This document shows positions 48,333 through 58,037 of a stretch of 64,000 nt of DNA, one piece after another; the first letter of the stretch is position 1; the number at the start of each line of letters is the position of its first letter. The DNA is from Candidatus Latescibacterota bacterium. GTDB taxonomy: Bacteria; Latescibacterota; UBA2968; UBA8231. Made by a program: the position numbers and the translations under genes. Location: NCBI GenBank assembly GCA_965203355.1, contig OZ241889.1, forward strand, positions 1,472,001 to 1,536,000, given 5' to 3'. The notes beneath the pieces are model-generated. The model was not told the origin of the DNA. It searched no databases and saw only the letters and a list, made by a program, of their open reading frames with translations.

Positions 48333-49688
48333 ATGACGGCTGCGCTCAAGGAAATCATTCTAGACTTTCAGGAAGAGTCGCTGGAGACCGGTGTCCCGCG
48401 GCGGGTCTCGGTGAGTGCGGTGCCGGGAAAGGCCATGGTCTGCATCGGCCCGCGACGAAGTGGAAAATCCACTTTTCTGTTTCAACTCATCCGCAAGCTA
48501 CTTGACGCTGGAATACCTCGCGACAACATCCTGTACCTGAACTTCTTCGACGACCGCCTGCGTTATCTGCAACGCGATGGGCTGTCCGCCGTGATGGAGG
48601 CATACTATTCGCTTTATCCCAAAAAAAAGAACACCCAGACGGTCCATTGCTTCTTCGACGAGATTCAGGTCGTGCCCGGTTGGGAGTCTTTTGTGGACCG
48701 GATCATGCGCACCGAGCAGTGCGAGGTGTACATGACCGGCTCGTCGGCGCAGATGTTGTCTCAGGAGATCGCGACACAGATGCGCGGACGGCCCCTTTCT
48801 TGGGAATTGTTTCCCTTCTCGTTTCGCGAGTTTCTCGACTTCAAGGGGATCGACAGTAGCGGCCCCTTGTCCGCCCGGCGACGCCTGCTGATCCAGAGCG
48901 CATTCGATCAGTACTGGGAGAGCGGCGGATTTCCCGAGGTCGCGGGTTTTGACCGCCGGCTGCGGATCAAAACTCACCAAGAGTACTGGGGCGCGATGCT
49001 GTTCCGCGACCTTGTTGAACGACACGACATCTCCCACCCCCGAGCAGTCTCTGATCTGGCTCACTGGCTGGTGGACAACATTGCTTCCCTGTACTCTGTC
49101 AACCGGCTCACTGGATACTTGAAGGCACTCGGCTATCGCGCCCCCAAGTCGGCGGTCTCCGCCTACCTGAACTGGTTTGAGGATGCCTTCTTCTTGTTCA
49201 CGGTGCGCATCTGCGACGCATCCTTGGCGCGGGCCAACGCGAACCCCAAGAAGATCTACTGCGTCGATCACGCACTGGTCGAATCGGTCTCCTCCGGCAT
49301 CCTCGTGAACACCGGCCATTTACTCGAAAATCTCGTGTTCACGGCGCTCCGTCGAGTTACGCCTGAGCTTTTCTACTACAAGTCGAAGGCCGGTCGCGAA
49401 GTGGATTTCGTCGCTTACATGGGCGACGGTGTGCGCCTATTGGTCCAAGTCTGCGAGTCCCTTGCAGACCCGCAGACCAAGCAACGGGAAGTGGCCGCAC
49501 TTCGCGATGCCATGGGCGAACTAAATTTGGGAACGAGTGTGCTCGTAACTCGTGGTGGAGCGGGCGGTCCCAGCGACGGGGAACACATTGTCGTTGACAC
49601 CGGCGAGATCGAAGTCACCGCTGCTTGGCGTTTTCTGCTCGATGTGGATTCCGCCTACGGCGATCCGCGCATTGCCTACCGCCGATGA
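48333..49688 (+). CDS. AAA_14 ATPase with DUF4143 / nuclease-like C-terminus
   Basis: Walker A GPRRSGKST, Walker B FFDEIQ, TGSS, GGFPE, KIYCVD, ENLVF, EVDF..VQV. Confidence 0.9.
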   Translation: MTAALKEIILDFQEESLETGVPRRVSVSAVPGKAMVCIGPRRSGKSTFLFQLIRKLLDAGIPRDNILYLNFFDDRLRYLQRDGLSAVMEAYYSLYPKKKNTQTVHCFFDEIQVVPGWESFVDRIMRTEQCEVYMTGSSAQMLSQEIATQMRGRPLSWELFPFSFREFLDFKGIDSSGPLSARRRLLIQSAFDQYWESGGFPEVAGFDRRLRIKTHQEYWGAMLFRDLVERHDISHPRAVSDLAHWLVDNIASLYSVNRLTGYLKALGYRAPKSAVSAYLNWFEDAFFLFTVRICDASLARANANPKKIYCVDHALVESVSSGILVNTGHLLENLVFTALRRVTPELFYYKSKAGREVDFVAYMGDGVRLLVQVCESLADPQTKQREVAALRDAMGELNLGTSVLVTRGGAGGPSDGEHIVVDTGEIEVTAAWRFLLDVDSAYGDPRIAYRR

Positions 49689-49693
49689 CGCTC
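49661..49693 (+). repeat. Right copy of the 33-bp direct repeat
   Basis: Identical to 48193-48225; supplies the last 8 codons and stop of the ATPase gene and the dppC start. Confidence 0.95.
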
Positions 49694-50542
49694 GCTCCGC
49701 TCGTCTCGGCAACACGCCGCCATCCCCAGCTTACGGCCGGCTTAATCGTCGTCTTTGTCGTGCTTGCTTTTGGTCCGGTAGGGGCCCTGTTCGTCGATGC
49801 GGATTTGGCCCGCGTTGGTGCGGCTGAGCCGAATCGGTCGCCGTCGCTGGAGCATTTGCTCGGTACTGACGCGGCCGGCCGGGATTTGCTCGCGGTGATG
49901 GTGGCGGGTACGCCGCTCACGCTCAGAGTTGGCTTCCTCGCTGGTGCCGTTGGTCTCGGCATCGGCATCATCCTCGGCTTTCTCGCTGGGTACTTCGGCG
50001 GCTTGGTGGACACCTTGATTCGGGGAGCTGCCGATGTGCTGCTGACTGTGCCCGGCCTGCTGTTCCTCGTGGTGCTGGCCACTTCGCTGCGCACGGCTGT
50101 TACCGTTGATATGATGGCTCTCGTGGTGGCCTCGCTGGCGTGGATGCTGCCGACGCGCACGATCCGCTCGCAGGTGCTGTCGCTGCGCGAGCGCGCCTAT
50201 GTGCAGGTGGCCCGGCTCTCCGGCATGAAGGACCTCGAAATCATCGCCCGCGAGCTGCTGCCGAATCTGCTACCCTACCTAGCGGCTAGTTTTGTCAGTG
50301 CCGTGGGGGCTGCGGTGCTGGCTTCGATCGGTTTAGAGGCGCTGGGCTTGGGGCCGCAGAACGAGCCTACGCTTGGGATGACCATTTACTGGGCTTTGTA
50401 CTACACTTCGCTGCTGCGGGGAATGTGGTGGTGGTGGGCACCGCCGATTGTGATGATCGTGCTGATTTTTCTCGGCTTGTTCCTCATCTCCATGGGATTG
50501 GACCGCATCGCCAATCCGCGTATATGGAAGGTCTCGTCGTGA
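49685..50542 (+). CDS. Peptide ABC transporter permease (DppC/OppC-like)
   Basis: HLLGTDAAGRD, LRERAYVQVARLSG, ELLPN, WWW. Confidence 0.92.
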   Translation: MTLAPLVSATRRHPQLTAGLIVVFVVLAFGPVGALFVDADLARVGAAEPNRSPSLEHLLGTDAAGRDLLAVMVAGTPLTLRVGFLAGAVGLGIGIILGFLAGYFGGLVDTLIRGAADVLLTVPGLLFLVVLATSLRTAVTVDMMALVVASLAWMLPTRTIRSQVLSLRERAYVQVARLSGMKDLEIIARELLPNLLPYLAASFVSAVGAAVLASIGLEALGLGPQNEPTLGMTIYWALYYTSLLRGMWWWWAPPIVMIVLIFLGLFLISMGLDRIANPRIWKVSS

Positions 50543-51522
50543 ACGCCGAGCGCAAAGGCCGCGTGGTGCTGCGGGTGCAGGATCTGCGCGTTCACTACCA
50601 CACTCCGAGGGGACCGGTGCGTGCCGTAGAGGGCGTTGGCTTTGCGTTGCGGGCCGGGGAGCGGCTGGGCTTGGTGGGCGAGTCGGGCTCGGGCAAATCG
50701 ACGACGGCCCTGGCCCTGATCCGGCTGATCCGGCCACCTGGGCGGATCGAAGGGGGACAGGTCGAGCTCGACGAGTTGGAGTTGTTGTCGCTGTCTGAGG
50801 AGGAGATGCGGCGCGTGCGTTTTTCGCGCATCTCGCTGATTCCCCAAGGCGTGATGAACTCGCTCAATCCGGTGATGCGGGTGGGGGCGCAGATCGCCGA
50901 TACGATTGAGGCGCACGAGGAGCGGCTCGACCGCGAGACCCTGCAGGAGCGCGTAAAAAGCCTGTTGGCGCTGGTCGAGCTGGACCCGGCGACCGCGCGC
51001 ATGTACCCCCACGAACTCAGCGGCGGCATGAAACAGCGCGTGGGCATGGCCATGGCCGTGGCCTTGCGGCCTCAGGTGATCATCGCCGACGAGCCAACTA
51101 GTGCCCTAGACGTGGTCGTGCAGAAGCGGGTGATGGACACCTTGTTCCGCGTGCAGCAGGAACTCGCCGCTGCGGTGGTTTTGGTGGGCCACGACATGGG
51201 GCTGATGGCGCAGTGTGTGGATCGCATCGGCGTGATGTACGCTGGCCGATTGGCCGAACTGGGGCCGGTGCAGAGTCTGCTTGAAGAGCCGCTGCATCCG
51301 TACACGCGCCTGCTGGTAGAAAGCCTGCCGTCGCTGGAGCGCAAGGGCGTGTTTCGCGGCATCCCCGGGCTGCCGCCTTCATTGCTTGAGCCGCCGCTAG
51401 GATGTCCCTTCCACCCGCGCTGTCCGCAGGTGATGGACCGCTGCTTGGAGCGCGCACCGGAACTGGAGGAAGTGGTTGCCGAGCGCCGGGCGGCTTGTCA
51501 CCTGCACGCCGAGGTCTCGTGA
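50539..51522 (+). CDS. Peptide ABC transporter ATP-binding subunit (DppD/OppD-like)
   Basis: GESGSGKST, YPHELSGGMKQR, DEPT, GCPFHPRC. Confidence 0.93.
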   Translation: MNAERKGRVVLRVQDLRVHYHTPRGPVRAVEGVGFALRAGERLGLVGESGSGKSTTALALIRLIRPPGRIEGGQVELDELELLSLSEEEMRRVRFSRISLIPQGVMNSLNPVMRVGAQIADTIEAHEERLDRETLQERVKSLLALVELDPATARMYPHELSGGMKQRVGMAMAVALRPQVIIADEPTSALDVVVQKRVMDTLFRVQQELAAAVVLVGHDMGLMAQCVDRIGVMYAGRLAELGPVQSLLEEPLHPYTRLLVESLPSLERKGVFRGIPGLPPSLLEPPLGCPFHPRCPQVMDRCLERAPELEEVVAERRAACHLHAEVS

Positions 51523-52577
51523 GTACTCCACTGTTAGAAGCGCGGGGCGCGCGCCGAGCCTTTGGCGGCGGCGTGTTCGATCGGCAGCGGGTCGTCGCGG
51601 TCGCCAACGCCTCGCTGGTGATCCCGGCGGACGATCCGGTGGTGGTGGCCATCGCCGGCGAGAGCGGCAGCGGCAAGACCACCTTGGCGCGCTTGCTGCT
51701 GGGGATTCTACCCCCGACTGGCGGATCCGTGCGCTACCGGGGCGCGGAATTGCGCGATCTCGACGCCAAGACGCGCCAGACCTTTCGCCGGCAGGTACAG
51801 GCCGTGTTTCAGGATCCCTTTGAGGTGTTCAACCCGTTCTACCGAGTGGACCATTCCCTGACGGTGCCGATTGCCAAGTTTTTCCCGCAACTGTCGCGCA
51901 CCGAGCGGCGGCGGCGGATCGAGGAGGGGCTGCAAGCGGTCGGCCTGCGCCCAGAGGAGACGCTTGGGCGTTATCCCCATCAGTTAAGCGGCGGTCAGCG
52001 CCAGCGCATCATGGTGGCGCGGGCCTTATTGCTCAACCCGCGCGTGATCGTGGCCGACGAGCCGGTGTCGATGGTAGATGCCTCGTTGCGCGCTACCATC
52101 TTGGAGACCTTGTCTCGCATTCATCGGGAGCGCGGCATTAGTCTGGTGTATATTACGCACGACCTGACTACGGCGTACCAACTGAGTCACACCATTCTCG
52201 TCATGTACCAAGGGGCGGTGGTCGAGGTGGGCGGTGTGGAGCAGGTCATCAAGGCACCCAATCACCCTTACACGCAGCTACTGGTGAGTTCCATCCCGCT
52301 GCCGGATGCAAAGCGCCGCTGGGGCGAAGGCTCGGTTGATGTCGCCCCTAGCAGGGTGGAAGAGTCGCCGATGGCCGAAGAAGGCGCAGAGATTCCGCGC
52401 CCTACTGGCGGTTGCGCCTTTGCTGAACGCTGCTCCCACGTCATGCCGCGCTGTCTCCAGCAGCGTCCACCGTTGGTGCAGACCGATGCTGGCCGTGCTG
52501 CGGCCTGTTATCTCTACGAGGACGCGGCCGTGCTGTCGGAAGAGCAGGTCGCTGGTTTGTCCTACGGAGGAGGGTGA
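51519..52577 (+). CDS. Peptide ABC transporter ATP-binding subunit (DppF/OppF-like)
   Basis: GESGSGKTT, YPHQLSGGQRQR, DEPVSMVD, HPYTQLL. Confidence 0.93.
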   Translation: MSTPLLEARGARRAFGGGVFDRQRVVAVANASLVIPADDPVVVAIAGESGSGKTTLARLLLGILPPTGGSVRYRGAELRDLDAKTRQTFRRQVQAVFQDPFEVFNPFYRVDHSLTVPIAKFFPQLSRTERRRRIEEGLQAVGLRPEETLGRYPHQLSGGQRQRIMVARALLLNPRVIVADEPVSMVDASLRATILETLSRIHRERGISLVYITHDLTTAYQLSHTILVMYQGAVVEVGGVEQVIKAPNHPYTQLLVSSIPLPDAKRRWGEGSVDVAPSRVEESPMAEEGAEIPRPTGGCAFAERCSHVMPRCLQQRPPLVQTDAGRAAACYLYEDAAVLSEEQVAGLSYGGG

Positions 52578-52956
52578 ACGCGGGGGATGGACAGGGGATG
52601 AACCCAATTTTGTGCCGGGTGGGTCTATGGAAGAGTTTGTGGCAAACGGTACGCTCGATGCGGAATATGCACAGATCTTTCGCATCGAGAACCCAACCGC
52701 TGGTGTTGCCCTTTTCGCGCACCTATACCCGCTAGACCGCGCTGAGCGCATCCTTCCCGGCCCTCAAACGCAACGAGATGCAGGAGTTCAACGCTACGTC
52801 CTCTGCGCCCGGCCGGTCGCCCCTACTCTATCCATCTCTGTACCCTTTCCGTTACACGCTCCGTCCCTCACAGCCCGCGGCCCCTCTGAGCCGCTGTCTT
52901 GGCACGATTTTTGCCTCTTGCCGGTGCCACCGCACCCGCAACCCAAGGCATCGCTC

Positions 52957-53892
52957 ATGGCCGAATTCGATACCATCGCCAAACACCTCATCCACACCTA
53001 TCCCCGAGACTTCGCCCGCTTCGCCCTCCAACAAGACGACCTCGAAGTCCTCGACATCCTCGACACCGAACAACCCACCGTTGAAGCCCACCGCACCGAC
53101 AGCCTCATCCGCGTGCGCGTCCACGACGAGGAGGCCCTCATCCATCACGAATTTCAAACCACCGACAGCAACCCCCCCATGCCGCAGCGCATGGCCGGTT
53201 ACATCGGCCGCAGCATCGAACAGCACGGCCTGCCCATCTATGCCAACGTCATCTATCTGCGGCCCGACGCCGGCCGGCGCGACCCGGGGTATTATCTCCA
53301 AGAGCGGCGCGGCTTCCGCGTGTTGGTGCAATACCAAGTGATTCGGCTGAGTGAGCTAGACGGCCAACAGACGCTCGATGCGGGGGATGCGGGTTTGCTT
53401 CCGTTTGCGCCGTTGATGCAGCGGCCGACGGGTGTGGATGCGGCAGCATGGCTGCGCCGGTGTGTGAATCGGGCGCAACAGATGCCCATGGCCGCGCTCG
53501 CCAAGGCCGATTATCTGGTCCATCTTGCGATTTTGAGCGGATTGGTGTATAAATCAGAAACGATTATGACCATCATCTCGGAGGCGACCATGTACGAATC
53601 GTCGGTAGTGCAGTATTTCACGGAAAAGGCGCTTGAGCAAGGCATCGAGCAAGGCGTTGAGCAAGGCATTGAGCAAGGCATTGAGCAAGGCATTGAGCAA
53701 GGTGGCCGAGAACGCGCGATTGAATACCTGCTCGACGTGCTGGCGCTTCGCTTTGGGCTGGCCGCGTCGGCTCCATTGGCCGTCCGCTTAGGGGCTATTG
53801 ACGATGTGCAGCACCTCAAGCAGTTGCATCGAGCGGCCATACAGGTGCCCAGTCTCGAAGCCTTTAGGCACTTGCTAGACGGCCTCGAGTAA
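52957..53892 (+). CDS. Rpn family (recombination-promoting nuclease / PD-(D/E)xK) protein
   Basis: FDTIAKHL, RTDSL..HHEFQT..MPQRMAGY, LLPFAPLM, EQGI repeats, LALRFG. Confidence 0.88.
   Translation: MAEFDTIAKHLIHTYPRDFARFALQQDDLEVLDILDTEQPTVEAHRTDSLIRVRVHDEEALIHHEFQTTDSNPPMPQRMAGYIGRSIEQHGLPIYANVIYLRPDAGRRDPGYYLQERRGFRVLVQYQVIRLSELDGQQTLDAGDAGLLPFAPLMQRPTGVDAAAWLRRCVNRAQQMPMAALAKADYLVHLAILSGLVYKSETIMTIISEATMYESSVVQYFTEKALEQGIEQGVEQGIEQGIEQGIEQGGRERAIEYLLDVLALRFGLAASAPLAVRLGAIDDVQHLKQLHRAAIQVPSLEAFRHLLDGLE
53635..53702 (+). repeat. 12-bp coding tandem repeat (GAGCAAGGCATT-type; EQGI) x5 plus partial
   Basis: Directly visible; five full units and one partial. Confidence 0.9.
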
Positions 53893-53894
53893 AG

Positions 53895-55688
53895 GTGCTG
53901 CACAACGTCCAGACGACCGGCCGGTCGCCACTATATGCCATTTTCGCGGCGTGGGCCGTTTTGGTTAGCTGCGGGCCGACCGTGGTGCTGGACGATGTTC
54001 CGCGGGACCGCACCCTGATCTTGATGAACGGCGGGCCGAACCAGTATTCTCTGTTCGACAATCAGAACCCCTACATTCCCGGCTCCGATCAAGGGTTCCA
54101 CATGGGTACGCTGCCGGCGGTGTTCGAGCCGCTGATTATGTACAATGTGCTCACCGGGGAATACGAAAATTGGCTGGCGGAGAGTTGGGCGTACGACGAC
54201 AGCTTTACCGTGCTCACCGTGAAAATTCGCGCGGGCATTGAATGGGCAGACGGCATCCCCTTCACGACACGCGATGTGGCCTTCACATTCGACCTGCTGC
54301 GCGATCACGCCGAGTCCATGGTGCATCTGGCCGACCTGCCCGAGTTTTTTGACTCCACCGAGGTCGTTGATGACCACACCGTGCGGCTGGTGCTAAAAAA
54401 GGCGGGGCCGGTGTTTTGGGCGACTACGCTGAGCAGCAATCACGGCATCTTCGTCTTGCCCGAGCATATCTGGAAAGATCGGGATCCACTAGCGTTCACT
54501 TTCCACGACATGGACGGTGGCTTGCCCTTGGGCACCGGTCCCTACCGCCTCGTGTACGCTTCGCCGCACCAGAAAATCTACGATTTGCGCGAGGACTGGT
54601 GGGCGGCTAAGGCGGGCTTCAAGCGCCTGCCGCGAATCGAGCGAATCATCTACGTGCCGCAGCAGGAGGAGAGTCAGGCCGCGCAGTTGCTGCTGACGGA
54701 TCAGCTCGACATGGCACCCATCATGCAGGTGCTCACCCTCGAAAGCGTGTTAGAGCGCAATGCGCGGGTGGTGACTTTTGCTGATCGGCAGCCACCCTAC
54801 GGCTATTTGGACTGGTGTCCGATTGACCTCAACGTGAACTGCTCGGAGCCGCCTTTTGACGATCCGCAGATTCGCCGGGCGATTAGCATGGCCATCGACC
54901 GGGAAAAGCTCGTCCAGTTGGCTGAGTCGGGTGCGGGCGTGGTCGCGCTGCATCCTTTTACGCCCTACGAATGGTTCGCGCCTTTTGACGAGGCTCTGCA
55001 AGAGATTCTCGCCCGGCACGGGTACGACGCCAAGCCGCACTTGGAAGAAGTCAATCGGATCATGGAGGGGAAAGGCTATGGCAAGGACGAGGAGGGTTTG
55101 TGGGTCAACGCGGAGGGCGCGCGCGTCGAGATCGCCCTGTACGTGCCGCAGTGGCTACGGGCTTACGGTCCACCGCTGACGCAACAGCTACGCGACGCTG
55201 GTTTTGATGCGAACTTCGACACCTCGCCCGGCCTGACTTCTCTCGTGCAGACGGGAGAGCAAAAGGCTTCTCTCGGCTGCAAGGGCCCCAGCGGCGTACG
55301 CGGCATGGACCCCTATCTGATGCTGTCTTACTACACCTCGCAGTACTTCCGCCCCACCGGGCAGCCGGCCCCGCTGTGGTCGACCATCTCGCGCTGGCGC
55401 AACGAGGAGTTCGACCGCCTTGTCGAGCGCATCGCGCCTCTACGGGTCGGCGACGAGGAACTATTGAAGTTGTTTAGCGCGGCCATGGAAATATGGGTGG
55501 GAGAGCTGCCCGACATCTTCTTGGCCCAGCTCATCATTCGCTATCCTTGCAACACCACGCACTGGACCGGCTGGCCGAGTCAGCAAGACCCTTACGGCTT
55601 TCCGCATTCTTGGCAGTGGGAGTTGTTGAAGACCTTCATCCGACTGGAGCCTGTCGCGCCCTTGTCGATCAGCCCGCGAGGAGAGTAA
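53895..55688 (+). CDS. ABC transporter substrate-binding lipoprotein, family 5
   Basis: Lipobox-like LVSC, WLAESW, WADGIPFTTRDVAFTF, GTGPY, PFDDPQIRRAISMAIDR. Confidence 0.9.
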   Translation: MLHNVQTTGRSPLYAIFAAWAVLVSCGPTVVLDDVPRDRTLILMNGGPNQYSLFDNQNPYIPGSDQGFHMGTLPAVFEPLIMYNVLTGEYENWLAESWAYDDSFTVLTVKIRAGIEWADGIPFTTRDVAFTFDLLRDHAESMVHLADLPEFFDSTEVVDDHTVRLVLKKAGPVFWATTLSSNHGIFVLPEHIWKDRDPLAFTFHDMDGGLPLGTGPYRLVYASPHQKIYDLREDWWAAKAGFKRLPRIERIIYVPQQEESQAAQLLLTDQLDMAPIMQVLTLESVLERNARVVTFADRQPPYGYLDWCPIDLNVNCSEPPFDDPQIRRAISMAIDREKLVQLAESGAGVVALHPFTPYEWFAPFDEALQEILARHGYDAKPHLEEVNRIMEGKGYGKDEEGLWVNAEGARVEIALYVPQWLRAYGPPLTQQLRDAGFDANFDTSPGLTSLVQTGEQKASLGCKGPSGVRGMDPYLMLSYYTSQYFRPTGQPAPLWSTISRWRNEEFDRLVERIAPLRVGDEELLKLFSAAMEIWVGELPDIFLAQLIIRYPCNTTHWTGWPSQQDPYGFPHSWQWELLKTFIRLEPVAPLSISPRGE

Positions 55689-55689
55689 A

Positions 55690-57135
55690 ATGTCAGACCA
55701 GCGGCCCAATATCCTGCTCATTATGACCGACCAGCAGCGCGGCGACTGCATGGGCCTCGACCCCCACAGTCCCTCGTGTCTGCAAACGCCCAACTTGGAC
55801 TGGCTTGCCCGAACCGGCACGCACTTTCACCACGGCTATTCCGAATGCCCCAGTTGCATTCCCGCGCGCCGCAGCTTGATGACCGGCACAGCGCCCGCGG
55901 CCAATGGAGCCGTTGGCTTCAAAAGTGCTCGGTGGCAGCCGCCGCACACCTTGGCTGGCGAGCTGTCCAAGGCCGGTTATCAGACGGAGATGATCGGCAA
56001 ACTCCACTTAACCCCCCAGCGCAAGCGCTACGGTTTTGACCACATGCAGCTAGCGGATGCTACGCGGGGTGCTGACAACGACTATGTCGAATGGCTGCGG
56101 CAGTATCACGGCCGCAATGAGGTCGATCCCGGCATGGCCCACGGCATTTCCGCCAACGGCTGGATCGGTCGCCCGCACCATTTGCCGGAAGAACAAATGC
56201 ATACCTTTTGGTGCGTTGATCGGGCGATGGATTTTCTGCGTAAACGCGACCCGTCGGCTCCATTTTTTCTCAACGTTTCCCTGATTGATCCCCACCCTCC
56301 GCTCACGCCACCGGCTCCTTATTACGACCGCTATATCGACCGCAGCCTGCCCGATCCATGGGTCGGCGATTGGGCACCCGCATTCGATGGTGCCGAAAAA
56401 GGTCTCAATCCCAATGCGTGGGAAATTTGCCTCAACGAATGCGATATGCGCTGTTGTCGCGCCGCTTATTACGGCATGATCAACTTCATAGACGACCAGA
56501 TTGGCCGCCTCATTCAGTTTACCGGGGGGCTCGACAACTGCTTAGTCATCTTCACTTCCGATCACGGCGAAATGCTGGGCGACCACAACCTCTTCCGCAA
56601 AACGTGGCCCTATGAAGCGTCGGCGCGCGTTCCGTTTTTCATGCGTGCGCCAAGAAACTGGGACTATCCCGAAGAGGTCGTGTGCCAAAGTCCCGTCGGC
56701 ATCCAAGACATCATGCCCACCATTCTCGCGGCGGCTGGCATCGACATTCCCGCTAGTTGCACGGGCAAAAGCCTCCTACCTGTCATGCAGGGCGAGGCCG
56801 ACGGCGTGCGGGAATTGCTCCATGGCGAACACGCTGGGTGTTACGCGCGCGACCACGGCAATCACTATCTCACCGATGGGCACGGCAAATACATCTGGTA
56901 TTCGCAGACGGGCCAAGAGCATCTTTTCGACTTAGACCAAGATCCCCAGGAAATGCGCGATCTGTCGCGTGGGTCCGACGCTGAAGTTAAGATGCAGCCG
57001 TGGCGCGAGCATCTCAGCGAAATCCTCAAAGATCGACCGGAAGGTTTTGTCGATGGGACGCGCTTAATTCCCGGCCAACCCCATGACGCGCTGCTGCCAG
57101 ACTACGATCCAGCAGCGACGTATCCGTATCTATGA
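55690..57135 (+). CDS. Cys-type sulfatase (arylsulfatase / choline-sulfatase-like)
   Basis: PNILLIMTDQQR, CIPARRSLMTG (CxPxR), GKLH, FTSDHGEMLGDH. Confidence 0.93.
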   Translation: MSDQRPNILLIMTDQQRGDCMGLDPHSPSCLQTPNLDWLARTGTHFHHGYSECPSCIPARRSLMTGTAPAANGAVGFKSARWQPPHTLAGELSKAGYQTEMIGKLHLTPQRKRYGFDHMQLADATRGADNDYVEWLRQYHGRNEVDPGMAHGISANGWIGRPHHLPEEQMHTFWCVDRAMDFLRKRDPSAPFFLNVSLIDPHPPLTPPAPYYDRYIDRSLPDPWVGDWAPAFDGAEKGLNPNAWEICLNECDMRCCRAAYYGMINFIDDQIGRLIQFTGGLDNCLVIFTSDHGEMLGDHNLFRKTWPYEASARVPFFMRAPRNWDYPEEVVCQSPVGIQDIMPTILAAAGIDIPASCTGKSLLPVMQGEADGVRELLHGEHAGCYARDHGNHYLTDGHGKYIWYSQTGQEHLFDLDQDPQEMRDLSRGSDAEVKMQPWREHLSEILKDRPEGFVDGTRLIPGQPHDALLPDYDPAATYPYL

Positions 57136-57229
57136 GCTCAGTACGCAGCACTTGTTGTTGGGCGGAACCGCACCGCGTCTAGTGCCGCCAGCACGCCATT
57201 GCACATCGGGATAGGCGAGGACAAAGGGC

Positions 57230-57262
57230 TGCGAAAAGCGCACTGCGTCTTTGCATTTTTTA
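57230..57262 (+). terminator. Possible intrinsic terminator after the sulfatase
   Basis: TGCGAAAAGCGCA-C-TGCGTCTTTGCA followed by a T run. Confidence 0.3.
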
Positions 57263-57270
57263 AGTAATCG

Positions 57271-57786
57271 TCAGGGGCGTTCCCAGCGATAGCGCAAGGC
57301 TACATTGGGAATGGGGCGGATGGCAAAGCCGTCGTCGGACGCGAGGAAGATGGCGATTGGGATGTCCATGGAAACGGCGATGTTTTTAGCGTGCATCTCC
57401 AGGCCCACGCCCGGCCCCACTACCACATCCAGCTTCTCGTCGCTGTTTTTGTCGCGGATGTGGTCGTGTTCTTCGAAAGAATCCCGGTATTCGCTCCACC
57501 GGTAAAACGCGGCCACGCCCCCAGAGAAAAACGCCCGCGCCCACTCGCCTTGGTGCAAGGTCTTGAACGAGGTCAACCCCCCAAAGAGATAGCGTTCCTC
57601 TTGGGACCAATACGGAACCCCCGCGATCTGCCAGCCGTTGCCGGTAGTGGGATTTTGGCGACCGTAACTGATGCCTAGCCCATAGGTTGGCCCGGCCACG
57701 AACCCAATGCTGTGGCCCACACCGTCTGCGGCCAGTGTGGCCGGCGCTAGCAAAGCCGCCAGCGCGATGCTGCGTACCGTGATCAT
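57271..57786 (-). CDS. Small exported protein, possible outer-membrane beta-barrel
   Basis: Signal peptide, RBS AAGGAG, glycine/aromatic strands, C-terminal VALRYRW. Confidence 0.7.
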   Translation of the reverse strand: MITVRSIALAALLAPATLAADGVGHSIGFVAGPTYGLGISYGRQNPTTGNGWQIAGVPYWSQEERYLFGGLTSFKTLHQGEWARAFFSGGVAAFYRWSEYRDSFEEHDHIRDKNSDEKLDVVVGPGVGLEMHAKNIAVSMDIPIAIFLASDDGFAIRPIPNVALRYRWERP

Positions 57787-58037
57787 AATATCTCCTTGTG
57801 GTGTAGCGGTTGTAAGGGTCGATGCTCGTGAAAATCGGTCGCGGTACGGTTGAGGTCGGGCTTGGGGTGCCGGAGTTCAGGCGGGGCGGGGCGACCCGTT
57901 CAACGGGAGTAAAGCTAAATTGCAAAACGTACCACGACCTGAAAATCAGGCTGACGAGGATTGTTATTTTCTGATCCCTGCTCAGCCTCATTGTATCGGA
58001 CGCTCGTCGGCTGGTTGAGTTTCTTTCTTGGCGTTTC

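Noticed and set aside
52306-52956. 217-aa N-terminal extension of Rpn in the ORF track
   Set aside because: Overlaps dppF; family similarity starts at MAEFD (52957).
53635-53702. Tandem repeat as CRISPR or phase-variation tract
   Set aside because: In-frame 12-mer coding EQGI, typical of Rpn C-termini.
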